A DNA stretch of 64,000 nt from Pseudomonadales bacterium (GCA_019090315.1 JAHRWD010000032.1:4870-68869); one strand, 5' to 3'; counted from the stretch's first letter, positions 1-9,644 are shown. The notes: generated from the letters alone by a model not told the origin. Translations and numbers: made by a program.

Positions 1-861
1 CTCCCAGATCACATCTGCCCCCAGCCACTCGATAAAATTTTCCTTAAGCCATTCCGGGCAGGGAGATGCGAGATGCCAAAGTGCGCGCAAACTCGACATA
101 TCGTATTTTGTTCGGATCTCGCTCGGCAGCTTCCAGATTCGCTGCATCATGGTTGGCACCATATACACCACATCAATGCGATATTGCTCAATCAGCGACA
201 GGGTTTGTTCCGCATCAAAGCGGGTGGTGACCACAACCGTATTGCCTTTAAACAGCGCCCCCATGCCCCACATAAAAGGGCCGTTATGATACATAGGCCC
301 CGGAATCAGCATCGCGCCCTGCTGCTTGATCTCCAGCATTTCGGCATCGATATCCCAAACCGCAGGAGTAGCCGAGACGATCAACTTGGGCCTGCCGGTA
401 CTGCCACCGGATGTCATTGCTTTAAAAGAGTCCGCCATAGCCTCGGGCAATGGCTCTGCTGAAATTGCCGGATCACGTATTACTCCAGACGTGTAACCAA
501 CGGGCACAGAGTTAACATCTGGATAGTCGCCCTCCGCAACACCCACCACCAATCCCGGCGCGGCTAATTCAATTAATTGATCAAGCTCGAATTTCGGCAA
601 TTTGGCAGACACAGGCTGCGGCGTTGCACCCAACTTCCAGGCCGCCAGGCAGGCCTGGATAAACTCAACACCGTTGGGCAGTGCAATCGTTACAAAATCA
701 TTCGGTTTAACCCCCAAGGTCTCGTAAGCACGCGCCAGCTGGTTGCTGGTTTTTTCCAGCGTTTTCCAATCCAACGTTTCATCTTCATGGACCAGCGCAA
801 TCGTATCCGGCTGAATCTCAGCCCAGTAAGCGACAACACGCGAGATGGGGATAATATGCAT
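1..861 (-). CDS. AMP-binding acyl-CoA ligase (bile acid-CoA ligase-like); 3' end runs off the window
   Basis: Not in the ORF track. Manual translation of the minus strand from ATG at 861 gives MHIIPISRVVAYWAEIQPD..., the P-loop motif MTSGGSTGRPK, GPMYHNGPF, VPTMMQRI and HLASPCPEWLK, typical of ANL-superfamily CoA ligases. Confidence 0.9.
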   Translation of the reverse strand, partial: MHIIPISRVVAYWAEIQPDTIALVHEDETLDWKTLEKTSNQLARAYETLGVKPNDFVTIALPNGVEFIQACLAAWKLGATPQPVSAKLPKFELDQLIELAAPGLVVGVAEGDYPDVNSVPVGYTSGVIRDPAISAEPLPEAMADSFKAMTSGGSTGRPKLIVSATPAVWDIDAEMLEIKQQGAMLIPGPMYHNGPFMWGMGALFKGNTVVVTTRFDAEQTLSLIEQYRIDVVYMVPTMMQRIWKLPSEIRTKYDMSSLRALWHLASPCPEWLKENFIEWLGADVIWE

Positions 862-1001
862 AATTTTTTCCTGTTGGTTTTATTTTTATGGAGGAATGTT
901 AACCGGGCGATAACTCGATGAACAATATACTGAAGCTTGAGCGGAGCTGATTTTTTAAAGGTATCAACTGAATCACTTCCAAAAAGCTAAGAATAAAAAT
1001 G

Positions 1002-1048
1002 TACGACAAAATATATGCGTAGCATATATATATTTATGGTCGGTCGTA
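1002..1048. repeat. Imperfect palindrome (possible terminator of the upstream minus-strand gene)
   Basis: TACGAC (1002-1007) pairs with GTCGTA (1043-1048); inner ATATATGC-GTA-GCATATAT; lies 7 bp past the stop at 1056 and is followed by a T-rich run on the minus strand. Confidence 0.5.
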
Positions 1049-1055
1049 AATTCCA

Positions 1056-1784
1056 TCACAGCAGATTGCATTTGTGAGATACAGATGCACGATGAAGAAG
1101 AGTCGAACCATTCGGTGATACGATTTTTACCCTTGAGATATTCAAAGAACTCCTACCTCTATCATAAATAAATCCTGAAACTGCACCACACATATAGGTG
1201 AGCTTCCTACTTCCCTTTGGTAGGTCAGTTTTAACAATGGCGGTATTCCCAATTACTTGTACAGACAATATATTTGAATGCCAACTTGCAGCAAAACCAG
1301 GGGCAGCAAAATTCCGTTCTAAATATTTCTGCAAGGTGAAAGAAAGCGAGTAGTTCTCACTTATATCAACAGGGGATTCATGAGATATCGTGGTAAATGG
1401 CTTGGTGACTATAATCCAGACAACAATCAATACAGCCAATAAAATCAACAACCAACTACGCGGAGGAGAAGGAACAGGGTCTTTCTCACGACAATGTAAA
1501 CAAATTTTGGCCGATTTGGAGACGCTTTTTCCGCAAGCTTTGCACTTTGACAGTCTTTTTTTCCTATCTATTTGTATGCCCTGAGAAACCTGTTGCTGGT
1601 GAAGAACTTCTTGATCAATAGAAGCTCTGGTACCTTTTTCGACTGCGTCATAAGTTTTCGTAGATTTCCGCTTTATTGCGGCTTCGACTTTCGAATATAT
1701 TGCACCGCATTTTGCACATTCGTATTCAGGCGCAACATCGGATTGCATTCTTTCGTATCCGCACTTAAGGCACTCTTTTCCCAT
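1056..1784 (-). CDS. Hypothetical membrane protein with two zinc-ribbon motifs
   Basis: 242-aa ORF with CLKC..CAKC and CKAC..CLHC pairs, one hydrophobic helix (WLLILLAVLIVVWII) and a C-terminal domain with two Cys; AAGGA RBS-like site upstream; visibly AT-rich. Confidence 0.75.
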   Translation of the reverse strand: MGKECLKCGYERMQSDVAPEYECAKCGAIYSKVEAAIKRKSTKTYDAVEKGTRASIDQEVLHQQQVSQGIQIDRKKRLSKCKACGKSVSKSAKICLHCREKDPVPSPPRSWLLILLAVLIVVWIIVTKPFTTISHESPVDISENYSLSFTLQKYLERNFAAPGFAASWHSNILSVQVIGNTAIVKTDLPKGSRKLTYMCGAVSGFIYDRGRSSLNISRVKIVSPNGSTLLHRASVSHKCNLL

Positions 1785-1920
1785 GTGAACGTGTCCTTGT
1801 CAAAGCCAAATCATATTAAGCAAGCTAAACCAATTATCCATGCTACTACGGATTACACCCGAAACGGATGCCCAATTAGTAGGTTTTAATTCCAACATTG
1901 CTCATCTTTGTAGACCTAAC

Positions 1921-2487
1921 TTACTCTTTCAGCCATTTAACCCGCAGTAACCCCGCCACACTAATCGCATCGGTAATTTCTCCCGTCATCGCCATCTCTA
2001 TCGCTTCCGACAACGGTAGTTTGTGAAGCCTAAGCTGTTCGGTGGATTCGTGATTGGTCTCACCAAACTGTAGATCCGTCGCAACATAGACCCGTGCGCA
2101 TTCGTCGGTAACGGAGTTGCTGGTGTGCAGTTCCATGAGCAGTTGCCAGTGCTTGGCGGTTATTCCAGTTTCTTCTTTAAGTTCTCTTTTTGCACCCTCC
2201 AACGGAGCTTGACCAACGGGCGAGCCACCCATCGGAATCTCCCATGAATATTGATCCAGTGCGTAGCGATACTGCCCCACTAACCAGGTATTACCCTGAT
2301 CATCAATCGGAATAATACCAACGGCACTGTTTTTCATATGTACCAGCCCGTAGATTCCCGGGTTTCCTGAAGGGTCGGTTACTTGATGCTCGGAAACGCT
2401 GATCCAGGGGTTGTCGTACACCTGTGATGTTGACTGGGTTCGCCAGGGCGATTCGTTGAGTGCTTTATTGTTTGGCGGTTTGCTCAT
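1921..2487 (-). CDS. NUDIX hydrolase (ADP-ribose pyrophosphatase-like)
   Basis: Nudix box GGSPVGQAPLEGAKRELKEETG; upstream LVGQYRYA...WEIPMG. Confidence 0.9.
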   Translation of the reverse strand: MSKPPNNKALNESPWRTQSTSQVYDNPWISVSEHQVTDPSGNPGIYGLVHMKNSAVGIIPIDDQGNTWLVGQYRYALDQYSWEIPMGGSPVGQAPLEGAKRELKEETGITAKHWQLLMELHTSNSVTDECARVYVATDLQFGETNHESTEQLRLHKLPLSEAIEMAMTGEITDAISVAGLLRVKWLKE

Positions 2488-2555
2488 GTTGCGTCCGTTA
2501 TTTCAAGTCAGGTGTAGACAATATGTTGGTTGACAAGTGGAGGATGCAGCGCATC

Positions 2556-2584
2556 TAATAGTGGACTATTAAGTAGCGCCCTAA
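2556..2584. promoter_or_regulatory. Putative MarR/SlyA-type operator pair
   Basis: Inverted repeat TAATAGT-GG-ACTATTA (2556-2571) next to GTAG-CGCC-CTAA (2573-2584), both resembling TTAG-N4-CTAA; TTGACA at 2530-2535; directly upstream of the MarR gene. Confidence 0.55.
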
Positions 2585-2658
2585 TTAGAATAAAAACGTC
2601 ATATAAACTAACGCTACCGGCTCAATTTTATATTTTCCAACCTAACAAATGGTTACCG

Positions 2659-3123
2659 ATGGTTTCAGATCCTAGCACGGCGGAATCCCGCATTCAGGAA
2701 GAGTTTGGCTTTGTATTGATTCGACTGGCGCGGCGCTGGCGCATGCGGCTTGACCGCCAGATGAAGATGGAAGGCTTAACGGAATCCCAGTGGAATACGC
2801 TGGTTTACCTGGCTCGGGAGGGCAACGGCAAGTTGCAGAAAGATCTGGCGGGTTCGATAGGCATTGAGGGCCCCACGTTGGTACGCCTACTGGATAACCT
2901 TGAAGAGAAAGGCCTGGTGGAGCGGCGCGCTTCGAAGATTGATCGACGAGGAAAAACCGTACACCTTTGTCCAGACACTGACCAGCTTTTAGAAAATTTC
3001 AGCAAAACAGCTTCAACATTACGAGCGCAGCTACTGGAGGGTGTTCCCGCCGAATCCCTGCAACAATGCCTTGATGTGTTCGATCTTATTATTAATAACG
3101 CACGCTCGTTGGACAAATCATGA
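2659..3123 (+). CDS. MarR family transcriptional regulator (SlyA-like)
   Basis: Motifs LARRWR, QKDLAGSIGIEGPTLVRLLDNLE and DRRGK. Start moved from the track's 2530 to the ATG at 2659, downstream of the operator. Confidence 0.9.
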   Translation: MVSDPSTAESRIQEEFGFVLIRLARRWRMRLDRQMKMEGLTESQWNTLVYLAREGNGKLQKDLAGSIGIEGPTLVRLLDNLEEKGLVERRASKIDRRGKTVHLCPDTDQLLENFSKTASTLRAQLLEGVPAESLQQCLDVFDLIINNARSLDKS

Positions 3124-4232
3124 GTACAGCCGCTACCGACACGGAAGTAACCGATGCCCCCGAGGGGAAAAGCAAAAACCTGATCATTGCAGTGCTGACG
3201 ATCGTCATTGTGCTGGCAAGCATCTACTGGGGTTACCAGCGTTATACCCACGTTTATATTAGCGATGCACGTATTAGCTCTTCGATGATTGCGGTGGCGA
3301 GCCGTGTACCAGGCTGGGTGGCGGAATTCGATGTGAGCAGTAATGACCGACTGGAAAAAGGTCAGCCTGTTATCAAGATTGATGCCCGTGACGCGGAGCT
3401 GCGACTCACAGAGTTAAACGCTGCAGTTGCGGCGATGGATGCGGAGCTTGATCGACTGGTTGCACAAAAAAACATGGTAGACCTGCAAACCGGTAGCCGA
3501 CAAAAAGCCGCTTCTTCGCGACTGTCGGAGGCCAGATCCGGTCTGTCCGCTAGCCAGGTTAAGCTGGACTTTGCATCTCATGATCTTGAACGATCAACCA
3601 AGTTGCGTGACAAAAACCTGATTGCCCAGCATCAATGGGACAGTAAAAAATCGACCTTTGATCAGGCAAAACAAGCATACGAGGGCTGGAAAGCCAAAAT
3701 CGCTACCGCCGAGGCTGCCGTATCGGAAGCCCACGCGAACCGCGATCAAATGATTGTACTGGAAAGCCAGCGTTTGAAAGTCTCTCATCAATTGCAGAAA
3801 ATTACCGCCAGTCGGGACCGTCAGGCACTGACGGTGGATGACCATACAATCCCCAGCCCTATTAGCGGTGTAGTGGATGAAACCTTCGTAGATGCGGGGG
3901 AATACATCGGCCCGGGTCAACGTATTTTGCTAATGCATAACCCGGACAATATATGGATTAAGGCCAACCTTAAGGAGACCGAAATCCGCTACGTTGAAGT
4001 GGGTACCCCGGCGGTGATTATCGTTGATGCCTATCCTGATCTTGAATTAACCGGTGAGGTTTCACGTATTGGTAGCTCCGCCACTAGCCAGTTCTCGCTG
4101 CTACCCAACGCGAACCCAAGCGGCAACTTCACCAAAATCACCCAACGAATTCCGATCTGGATAACCTTCGAAAAAAACGACCCTCGATTACGCCCTGGCA
4201 TGATGGTTGAGGTAGCGCTTGAGATCCGATAA
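3120..4232 (+). CDS. HlyD/EmrA family efflux periplasmic adaptor
   Basis: N-terminal TM helix, coiled coil, SQFSLLPNANPSGNFTKITQRIP and LRPGM motifs; ATGA overlap with the MarR stop. Confidence 0.92.
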   Translation: MSTAATDTEVTDAPEGKSKNLIIAVLTIVIVLASIYWGYQRYTHVYISDARISSSMIAVASRVPGWVAEFDVSSNDRLEKGQPVIKIDARDAELRLTELNAAVAAMDAELDRLVAQKNMVDLQTGSRQKAASSRLSEARSGLSASQVKLDFASHDLERSTKLRDKNLIAQHQWDSKKSTFDQAKQAYEGWKAKIATAEAAVSEAHANRDQMIVLESQRLKVSHQLQKITASRDRQALTVDDHTIPSPISGVVDETFVDAGEYIGPGQRILLMHNPDNIWIKANLKETEIRYVEVGTPAVIIVDAYPDLELTGEVSRIGSSATSQFSLLPNANPSGNFTKITQRIPIWITFEKNDPRLRPGMMVEVALEIR

Positions 4233-5850
4233 CTGGACAGTTCCTGACGATATTCTCGCAGGACCCAAGGTACGGGAGCTTTACCAGAAGTTCGGGCCAA
4301 GCTACCGGTGGCTGGTCATTTTTACCGTGATGATCGGCTCCTTCACCACGCTACTGACCGGCACCATTATTAACGTCGCAATCCCCAGCATTATGGGGGC
4401 CTTCGGCATGGGGGCTGATCAGGTTCAGTGGGTTGCCACCGGCTATCTTGCCGCCACCACCAGCTTTATGTTGGTGACCGCCTGGGCTATCGAAGCCTTT
4501 GGCCAGCAGGCGACATACATTGCGGCGATGATAGTGTTTCTACTGGGCTCGCTGCTGGGCGGCCTTGCAATGAGCTCCGAACAACTGATTCTATCCCGGC
4601 TTATTCAGGGCATGGCCGCCGGGCTGGTTCAACCCGCTGCTATGTTAATTATTGTGCAGGTATTTCCAATCAATCGCCGTGGCATGGCGATGGGCATATT
4701 CAGTATTGGTGTAGTACTGGCGCCCGCGATGGGGCCAACCGTAGGTGGATTGCTGGTCGACAACCTCAACTGGCGTTATGTTTTTTTGATTCAATTGCCA
4801 CTGGCGCTGGGCACCATTCCCTTTGCGATACTCTATTTGCCAGGTCGTGAAGCCACTGGCCCCCGCACCCCCTTTGACTGGCTCGGGCTAATTCTGCTTT
4901 CCGTATTTACTGCATCTTTCCTTTATGGCCTTACCAACGGCGCGCGGTTCGGCTGGGGTTCTGACAAAATCACACTGATTTTCGCGCTCGCTCTCGCCTG
5001 CGGCACCAGTTTTGTTTATTGGCAAGGCCGTACCGCTCATCCCCTGATGGACCTTTCAATATTTAAAATCCCCGAGTTTACCGCCGCTGCGGTTGTAACC
5101 TTTGTGCTTGGCATTGGTCTGTTTGGCTCGACCTATTTGATTCCGCTATTTTTGCAAACGGTGATGGGGGTGAGTCCAACACAGGCCGGTGTACTGTTAA
5201 TGCCCGCGGGGCTGGCAATGGCGGCCATGAACCCTGTTGCAGGTTTCCTGAGCGACAAAACATCAGGGCGAATGATGGTGATCATCGGGCTGAATATATT
5301 CGCATTTTCTTCCTTCCTTTATTCCGGTGTTGATCTCAACACAGGGTTTTTCACCCTGATCTGGTGGACTGTTATTGGCCGGATTGGCATGTCCTGTATC
5401 TTCCCAAGCTTGAATGCCACTGCATTAAAAGTGCTACCGTTTCACCAGATGGGACAGGGCTCTGGCGTTATCAATTTCCTGCGTCAGCTTGGTGGAGCCT
5501 TTGGCGTAAACCTGCTGACTATTTTGTTGCAGCGCCGCATCAGCTTTTATTCCGATGCCTTCATGGCAACTCAAACCTCATCCAATATCGCAACCCGAGA
5601 GACCATTGCCGCCATACGTGACACCCTGGCTTCTGGCGGAGTTGCAGAAGCCCACCAAACACCCATGGCGATGCAATATCTGGCCCGCAGCATTACCTAT
5701 CAGGCCAGCGTGCTAAGTTACCGTGATATGTTTTTGATGATCGTATTTATCTTCTTCCTCACCATGATTCCGGCCTGGTTTATGGGGGGAAAGCAGGAGA
5801 TGCAAATGCCGCCGCCGAAGCCTCCAGATAGGGAGCCACCAGATAAATAG
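4219..5850 (+). CDS. DHA2 (EmrB/QacA) family MFS efflux transporter
   Basis: Many TM helices; TIINVAIPSI, QWVATGY, APAMGPTVGG, FDWLG and RQLGGAFG motifs. Confidence 0.92.
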   Translation: MRSDNWTVPDDILAGPKVRELYQKFGPSYRWLVIFTVMIGSFTTLLTGTIINVAIPSIMGAFGMGADQVQWVATGYLAATTSFMLVTAWAIEAFGQQATYIAAMIVFLLGSLLGGLAMSSEQLILSRLIQGMAAGLVQPAAMLIIVQVFPINRRGMAMGIFSIGVVLAPAMGPTVGGLLVDNLNWRYVFLIQLPLALGTIPFAILYLPGREATGPRTPFDWLGLILLSVFTASFLYGLTNGARFGWGSDKITLIFALALACGTSFVYWQGRTAHPLMDLSIFKIPEFTAAAVVTFVLGIGLFGSTYLIPLFLQTVMGVSPTQAGVLLMPAGLAMAAMNPVAGFLSDKTSGRMMVIIGLNIFAFSSFLYSGVDLNTGFFTLIWWTVIGRIGMSCIFPSLNATALKVLPFHQMGQGSGVINFLRQLGGAFGVNLLTILLQRRISFYSDAFMATQTSSNIATRETIAAIRDTLASGGVAEAHQTPMAMQYLARSITYQASVLSYRDMFLMIVFIFFLTMIPAWFMGGKQEMQMPPPKPPDREPPDK

Positions 5851-5945
5851 CCTCTGTTGGCTTAGTGCGTAATCTTGTTACACTGAATCAACCGGTCCGC
5901 AATGGGTCGGACAATGGATAATAATAAAAACAAGAGGATTTCCCG

Positions 5946-7037
5946 ATGAAAATCAAAGCTGTAGTCATGACCGCGTTAAATGAAATTTCAGTCGAAGAGA
6001 TTGAACTCGATCCACCCAAAGCTGGAGAAGTACGTGTCAGAATGGTCGCAACCGGTGTATGCCATTCGGATCTTTCCGTTGTTAACGGCACGATTCCCTT
6101 TCCTCCGCCAGTAGTTTTGGGCCATGAAGGTGCCGGTGTCATTGAAGAAATTGGTGAAGGCGTCACCAATGTAAAAGTGGGCGATCACATCATTACCACC
6201 TTCGTGCCCATGTGCGGCGAGTGCTTTAATTGCCTACATCAGGAACCCTGGTTATGTACCGTTCTTGCCGACAAACAGGGCTGCCAACTCGACGGCACTA
6301 GCCGAGTGCACTGGAAGAGTCAGGCTATTACCGTGATGGCTGCTCTGGGCAATATGGCCGAGCAGATCGTATGCCCTGCTATTAGCGTTGTGCCAATCAA
6401 GAAACACTACAGCCTCGAAGCTGCGGCTCTGGTCGGTTGTGGTGTGATGACCGGCGCGGGTGCCGCGATGAAAACCGCTGCGGTTGAGCCCGGCTCCAGT
6501 GTTGCGGTATTTGGTTGTGGTGGTGTTGGAATATCCGCTATTCAAGGTGCGCGTATCTCAGGTGCCAACCCAATTATCGCGGTCGATCTTAGCGATGAAA
6601 AACTGGCCGCAGCAAAGAACTTTGGCGCAACCCATACCGTGAACGCCTCCACTGATCCGGTCGCCCAGATTATGGAGATGACCGGAGGTATCGGTGTTGA
6701 CTACGCCTTTGAAGTGATTGGTGTACCGGCAGTGATGCAGCAGACCTTTGATGCTACACGTCGTGGTGGTACTGCGGTAATGGTTGGTGTCGGTAGCCCT
6801 ATGCAAAACCTTGAGCTGAACTCAGCAATGCTACCGCTTACCGGTAAAACCGTGATGGGTTGCCTCTACGGCAGCTGCAACGCCAAGGTTGATTTCCCGC
6901 GTTTGATGGCACTCTACGAAGAGGGAAAACTTGATCTGGACGGCATGCAAAGCCGCACCTATTCAATCGATGAAGCGCCACAGGCCTTTGAAGATCTGAA
7001 GAACGGTAAGAATGTTCGAGGCGTGATTGTTTTTTAG
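5946..7037 (+). CDS. Zn-dependent alcohol dehydrogenase (MDR family, class III-like)
   Basis: GVCHSD, GHEGAG, structural Cys cluster CGECFNC...C, GCGVMTG and Rossmann motif GCGGVG. Confidence 0.93.
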   Translation: MKIKAVVMTALNEISVEEIELDPPKAGEVRVRMVATGVCHSDLSVVNGTIPFPPPVVLGHEGAGVIEEIGEGVTNVKVGDHIITTFVPMCGECFNCLHQEPWLCTVLADKQGCQLDGTSRVHWKSQAITVMAALGNMAEQIVCPAISVVPIKKHYSLEAAALVGCGVMTGAGAAMKTAAVEPGSSVAVFGCGGVGISAIQGARISGANPIIAVDLSDEKLAAAKNFGATHTVNASTDPVAQIMEMTGGIGVDYAFEVIGVPAVMQQTFDATRRGGTAVMVGVGSPMQNLELNSAMLPLTGKTVMGCLYGSCNAKVDFPRLMALYEEGKLDLDGMQSRTYSIDEAPQAFEDLKNGKNVRGVIVF

Positions 7038-7077
7038 TCGCCTTGTTTAGTCACTCTGAACGAAAGAACCTGACGAA

Positions 7078-8589
7078 ATGAAGTTTCTACGACGGTTCTT
7101 TTATTTGCTGATCGGGTTGTCGGTACTGCTAGCATTGCTACTGGTATGGGCAACCCAGTTTGCTCCGGCCCGATTCCGGGTCAATATTCCTATTCAGTCT
7201 ATCTTCGGCGGCATCGAAGCCGACGAACAACAGCTTAAACAACGGCTCAGTGCACCTCCCGGTTTCAGCGTGTCTCTTTATGCCGGTGGCATTACCAATG
7301 CGCGGGTCTTAAGGTTTACCGAAGCTGGCGACCTGCTGGTTTCCACCCCCCGTAACGGTGAGATAATTCTACTTGAGCGGGATACCGACGGTGATGGCCA
7401 GGCCGATGCCACACGGGTTTTAATCGACGGCTTAAACCGGCCTCACGGTATCGATTTCTACGGTGACTGGCTCTATATAGCAGAGTCCAACGGTTTTGGC
7501 CGAATCCGCTTTGATCATCAAACCGGTCAGACCATTGGTGAGTATCAACCCCTGGTTTCGGATATTCCGGACAACGGCAATCACTGGACCCGGACGATCC
7601 GCATCGGCCCCGACCATAAGATTTATTTGAGCGTTGGTTCATCCTGTAATGTGTGCGAAGAGCCCGATCCAGAGCGCGCGACTATGCTGCGTTACGAACT
7701 CGATGGCAGTGGTTTTGAAATTTTTGCCAGTGGTCTGAGAAATTCCGTGGGTTTCGACTGGTCACCAATCGATGGCCATATTTATGCCACCGACAATGGC
7801 CGTGACCTGCTGGGTGATGATTTTCCACCGGATGAATTAAACCGAGTGGAGCAGGGGCAGTTTTACGGCTGGCCCTATGCCCATGGCGACCGGGTGGCAG
7901 ACCCGGATTTCGGCCCCGGAAACTCCGATAAAATCGAGCGCTCTACTGCTCCAGTCCACGCCTTTCGCGCCCACAATGCGCCACTGGGCATGGAATTTCT
8001 GACCAGCAAACATCTTCCCGAGCAATATCAAAATATCGCACTGGTCGCACTGCATGGCTCCTGGAATCGTACGACCAAGGATGGCTATAAGGTGGTTTCG
8101 TTGCACTGGAATAGCGATGGCTCAGTTGAAGAGAGAGGCTTTGTAACCGGTTTTGAAGGCAGCGGGCATGTTATTGGCCGACCCGCAGATGTACGACAGG
8201 GCCCAAATGGCGATATTTATATCTCAGATGATTTTGCTAATGCGATTTATCGAGTGAGCTGGAACGAAAACCGAAACCTGAAAGAGATTGAGCCAACCAA
8301 TACCCAACTCCAGCAACCAATATTCGAAAAGTCTCAGCTGAATCTGGCTGATCCACAGGTCAACACTGATTATCAGGCTGGTAAAATCTTATACCAACAA
8401 AACCCCTGTGCCGAATGTCACGATTCATCCAGCCAGGCGACTGCAATTCCATTAAAGAATTTGGCGAACCGATACAATCTGGCCGCTATGCAACAATTAC
8501 TAAAAACCCCCACACCGCCAATGCCCAGCTTTGAATTTACGCTGGATCAACGCCGGCAATTGGCAACCTATTTATTACTTGAATATTGA
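7078..8589 (+). CDS. PQQ-dependent sugar/sorbosone dehydrogenase family protein with C-terminal cytochrome c domain
   Basis: N-terminal anchor; HWTRTI, GSSCNVC, GLRNSVG, TDNGRD, YGWPY, HGSWNR and GRPADV motifs; heme-binding CAECH followed by PPMP. Confidence 0.88.
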   Translation: MKFLRRFFYLLIGLSVLLALLLVWATQFAPARFRVNIPIQSIFGGIEADEQQLKQRLSAPPGFSVSLYAGGITNARVLRFTEAGDLLVSTPRNGEIILLERDTDGDGQADATRVLIDGLNRPHGIDFYGDWLYIAESNGFGRIRFDHQTGQTIGEYQPLVSDIPDNGNHWTRTIRIGPDHKIYLSVGSSCNVCEEPDPERATMLRYELDGSGFEIFASGLRNSVGFDWSPIDGHIYATDNGRDLLGDDFPPDELNRVEQGQFYGWPYAHGDRVADPDFGPGNSDKIERSTAPVHAFRAHNAPLGMEFLTSKHLPEQYQNIALVALHGSWNRTTKDGYKVVSLHWNSDGSVEERGFVTGFEGSGHVIGRPADVRQGPNGDIYISDDFANAIYRVSWNENRNLKEIEPTNTQLQQPIFEKSQLNLADPQVNTDYQAGKILYQQNPCAECHDSSSQATAIPLKNLANRYNLAAMQQLLKTPTPPMPSFEFTLDQRRQLATYLLLEY

Positions 8590-8626
8590 TTACACCCCAC
8601 ATTACGCCCACTTAGGAGCACAGAAA

Positions 8627-8968
8627 ATGAGCTGTATTTTTTGCAAAATTGTTGCCGGAGAGATTCCCTCCGAAATCCTTTATCAGGATGATGATGTGCT
8701 GTGTTTCAGGGATGTTGCACCCCAGGCACCGACACACATGCTGGTGATTCCAAAAAAACATATTGGTAGCATTGCGGAACTGGAAGAGAACGATACCAAC
8801 ATAGCAGGCAAAATTTTAGTGACCGCTACGCGTATGGCAAAGGAACAGGGTATTTCAAAAAGTGGATATCGTGTGGCGATGAACTGCGGCGATGAAGGCG
8901 GCCAGACAGTTGGCCATATTCACATGCACGTATTGGGCGGCCGTCAGATGGGCTGGCCACCGGGTTAA
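8627..8968 (+). CDS. hinT: Histidine triad (HIT) nucleotide-binding protein
   Basis: MSCIFCKIV, HIHMH triad, C-terminal WPPG; AGGAG RBS before the ATG at 8627. Confidence 0.93.
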   Translation: MSCIFCKIVAGEIPSEILYQDDDVLCFRDVAPQAPTHMLVIPKKHIGSIAELEENDTNIAGKILVTATRMAKEQGISKSGYRVAMNCGDEGGQTVGHIHMHVLGGRQMGWPPG

Positions 8969-9050
8969 TGGCTGTAATAATCGCTCAAACATTATGAAGG
9001 ACTGCCCAACTTACATTGCGATTATTAAACCGGAGCCTTTACATGAGAAA

Positions 9051-9644
9051 CTATTTAACCCTGAACGTCTCCATAACCCTATGAAATTTTTTGCTCATTT
9101 CATCATATGTTTTATTGTTTACTGTTGCTGTGACAACTAAATAAACATTATCTGATTTGGGGATGTGATATTGCATACTTCTTGTTCCTGATATAACCCC
9201 ATCAAATTCCAGGTAAAGACCAGTAAGATTGGCCACCTTCGTTGTTTCACACCTATAAGCCTTAATTGGGCGATTAAACATAGATGATAACTGCTGTGGA
9301 AATGACTCACACAAAGGAGCTAGTTCAGTACTATCTGTAAGCACCCGACCCACTTGTTTGATAACATTAATATTATCAGTAAAGTCATCCGTACCATTTG
9401 CCATAAAAAAAACTTCCATTTTCCCTGACAAAATCATGGGCCTAATTTGATCAAGCAGGCCCTTGTCAACACCGCTGAGATTGTCAAAATCAAACAGATC
9501 TGGATTTTTCTTTATTTCTTCCCCGGTAAGGGGCTGCCAGGTATCAGGTATTTCAATAGAAAAACCAAATGAGCTATTTATTACTTCTGCATATATGCTG
9601 GTTGAACATAGAAATGCTATTAATATAGATGTTATTAACCTCAT
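9051..9644 (-). CDS. Hypothetical exported protein
   Basis: 197-aa ORF, signal peptide-like N-terminus, strong AAGGAG RBS, FGFSIEIPDTW segment reminiscent of PsbP-like folds; AT-rich. Confidence 0.75.
   Translation of the reverse strand: MRLITSILIAFLCSTSIYAEVINSSFGFSIEIPDTWQPLTGEEIKKNPDLFDFDNLSGVDKGLLDQIRPMILSGKMEVFFMANGTDDFTDNINVIKQVGRVLTDSTELAPLCESFPQQLSSMFNRPIKAYRCETTKVANLTGLYLEFDGVISGTRSMQYHIPKSDNVYLVVTATVNNKTYDEMSKKFHRVMETFRVK

Noticed and set aside
73-921. Plus-strand ORFs 73..462 and 577..921
   Set aside because: Antisense shadows of the minus-strand CoA ligase. The many other short ORFs overlapping recognised genes were dismissed for the same reason.
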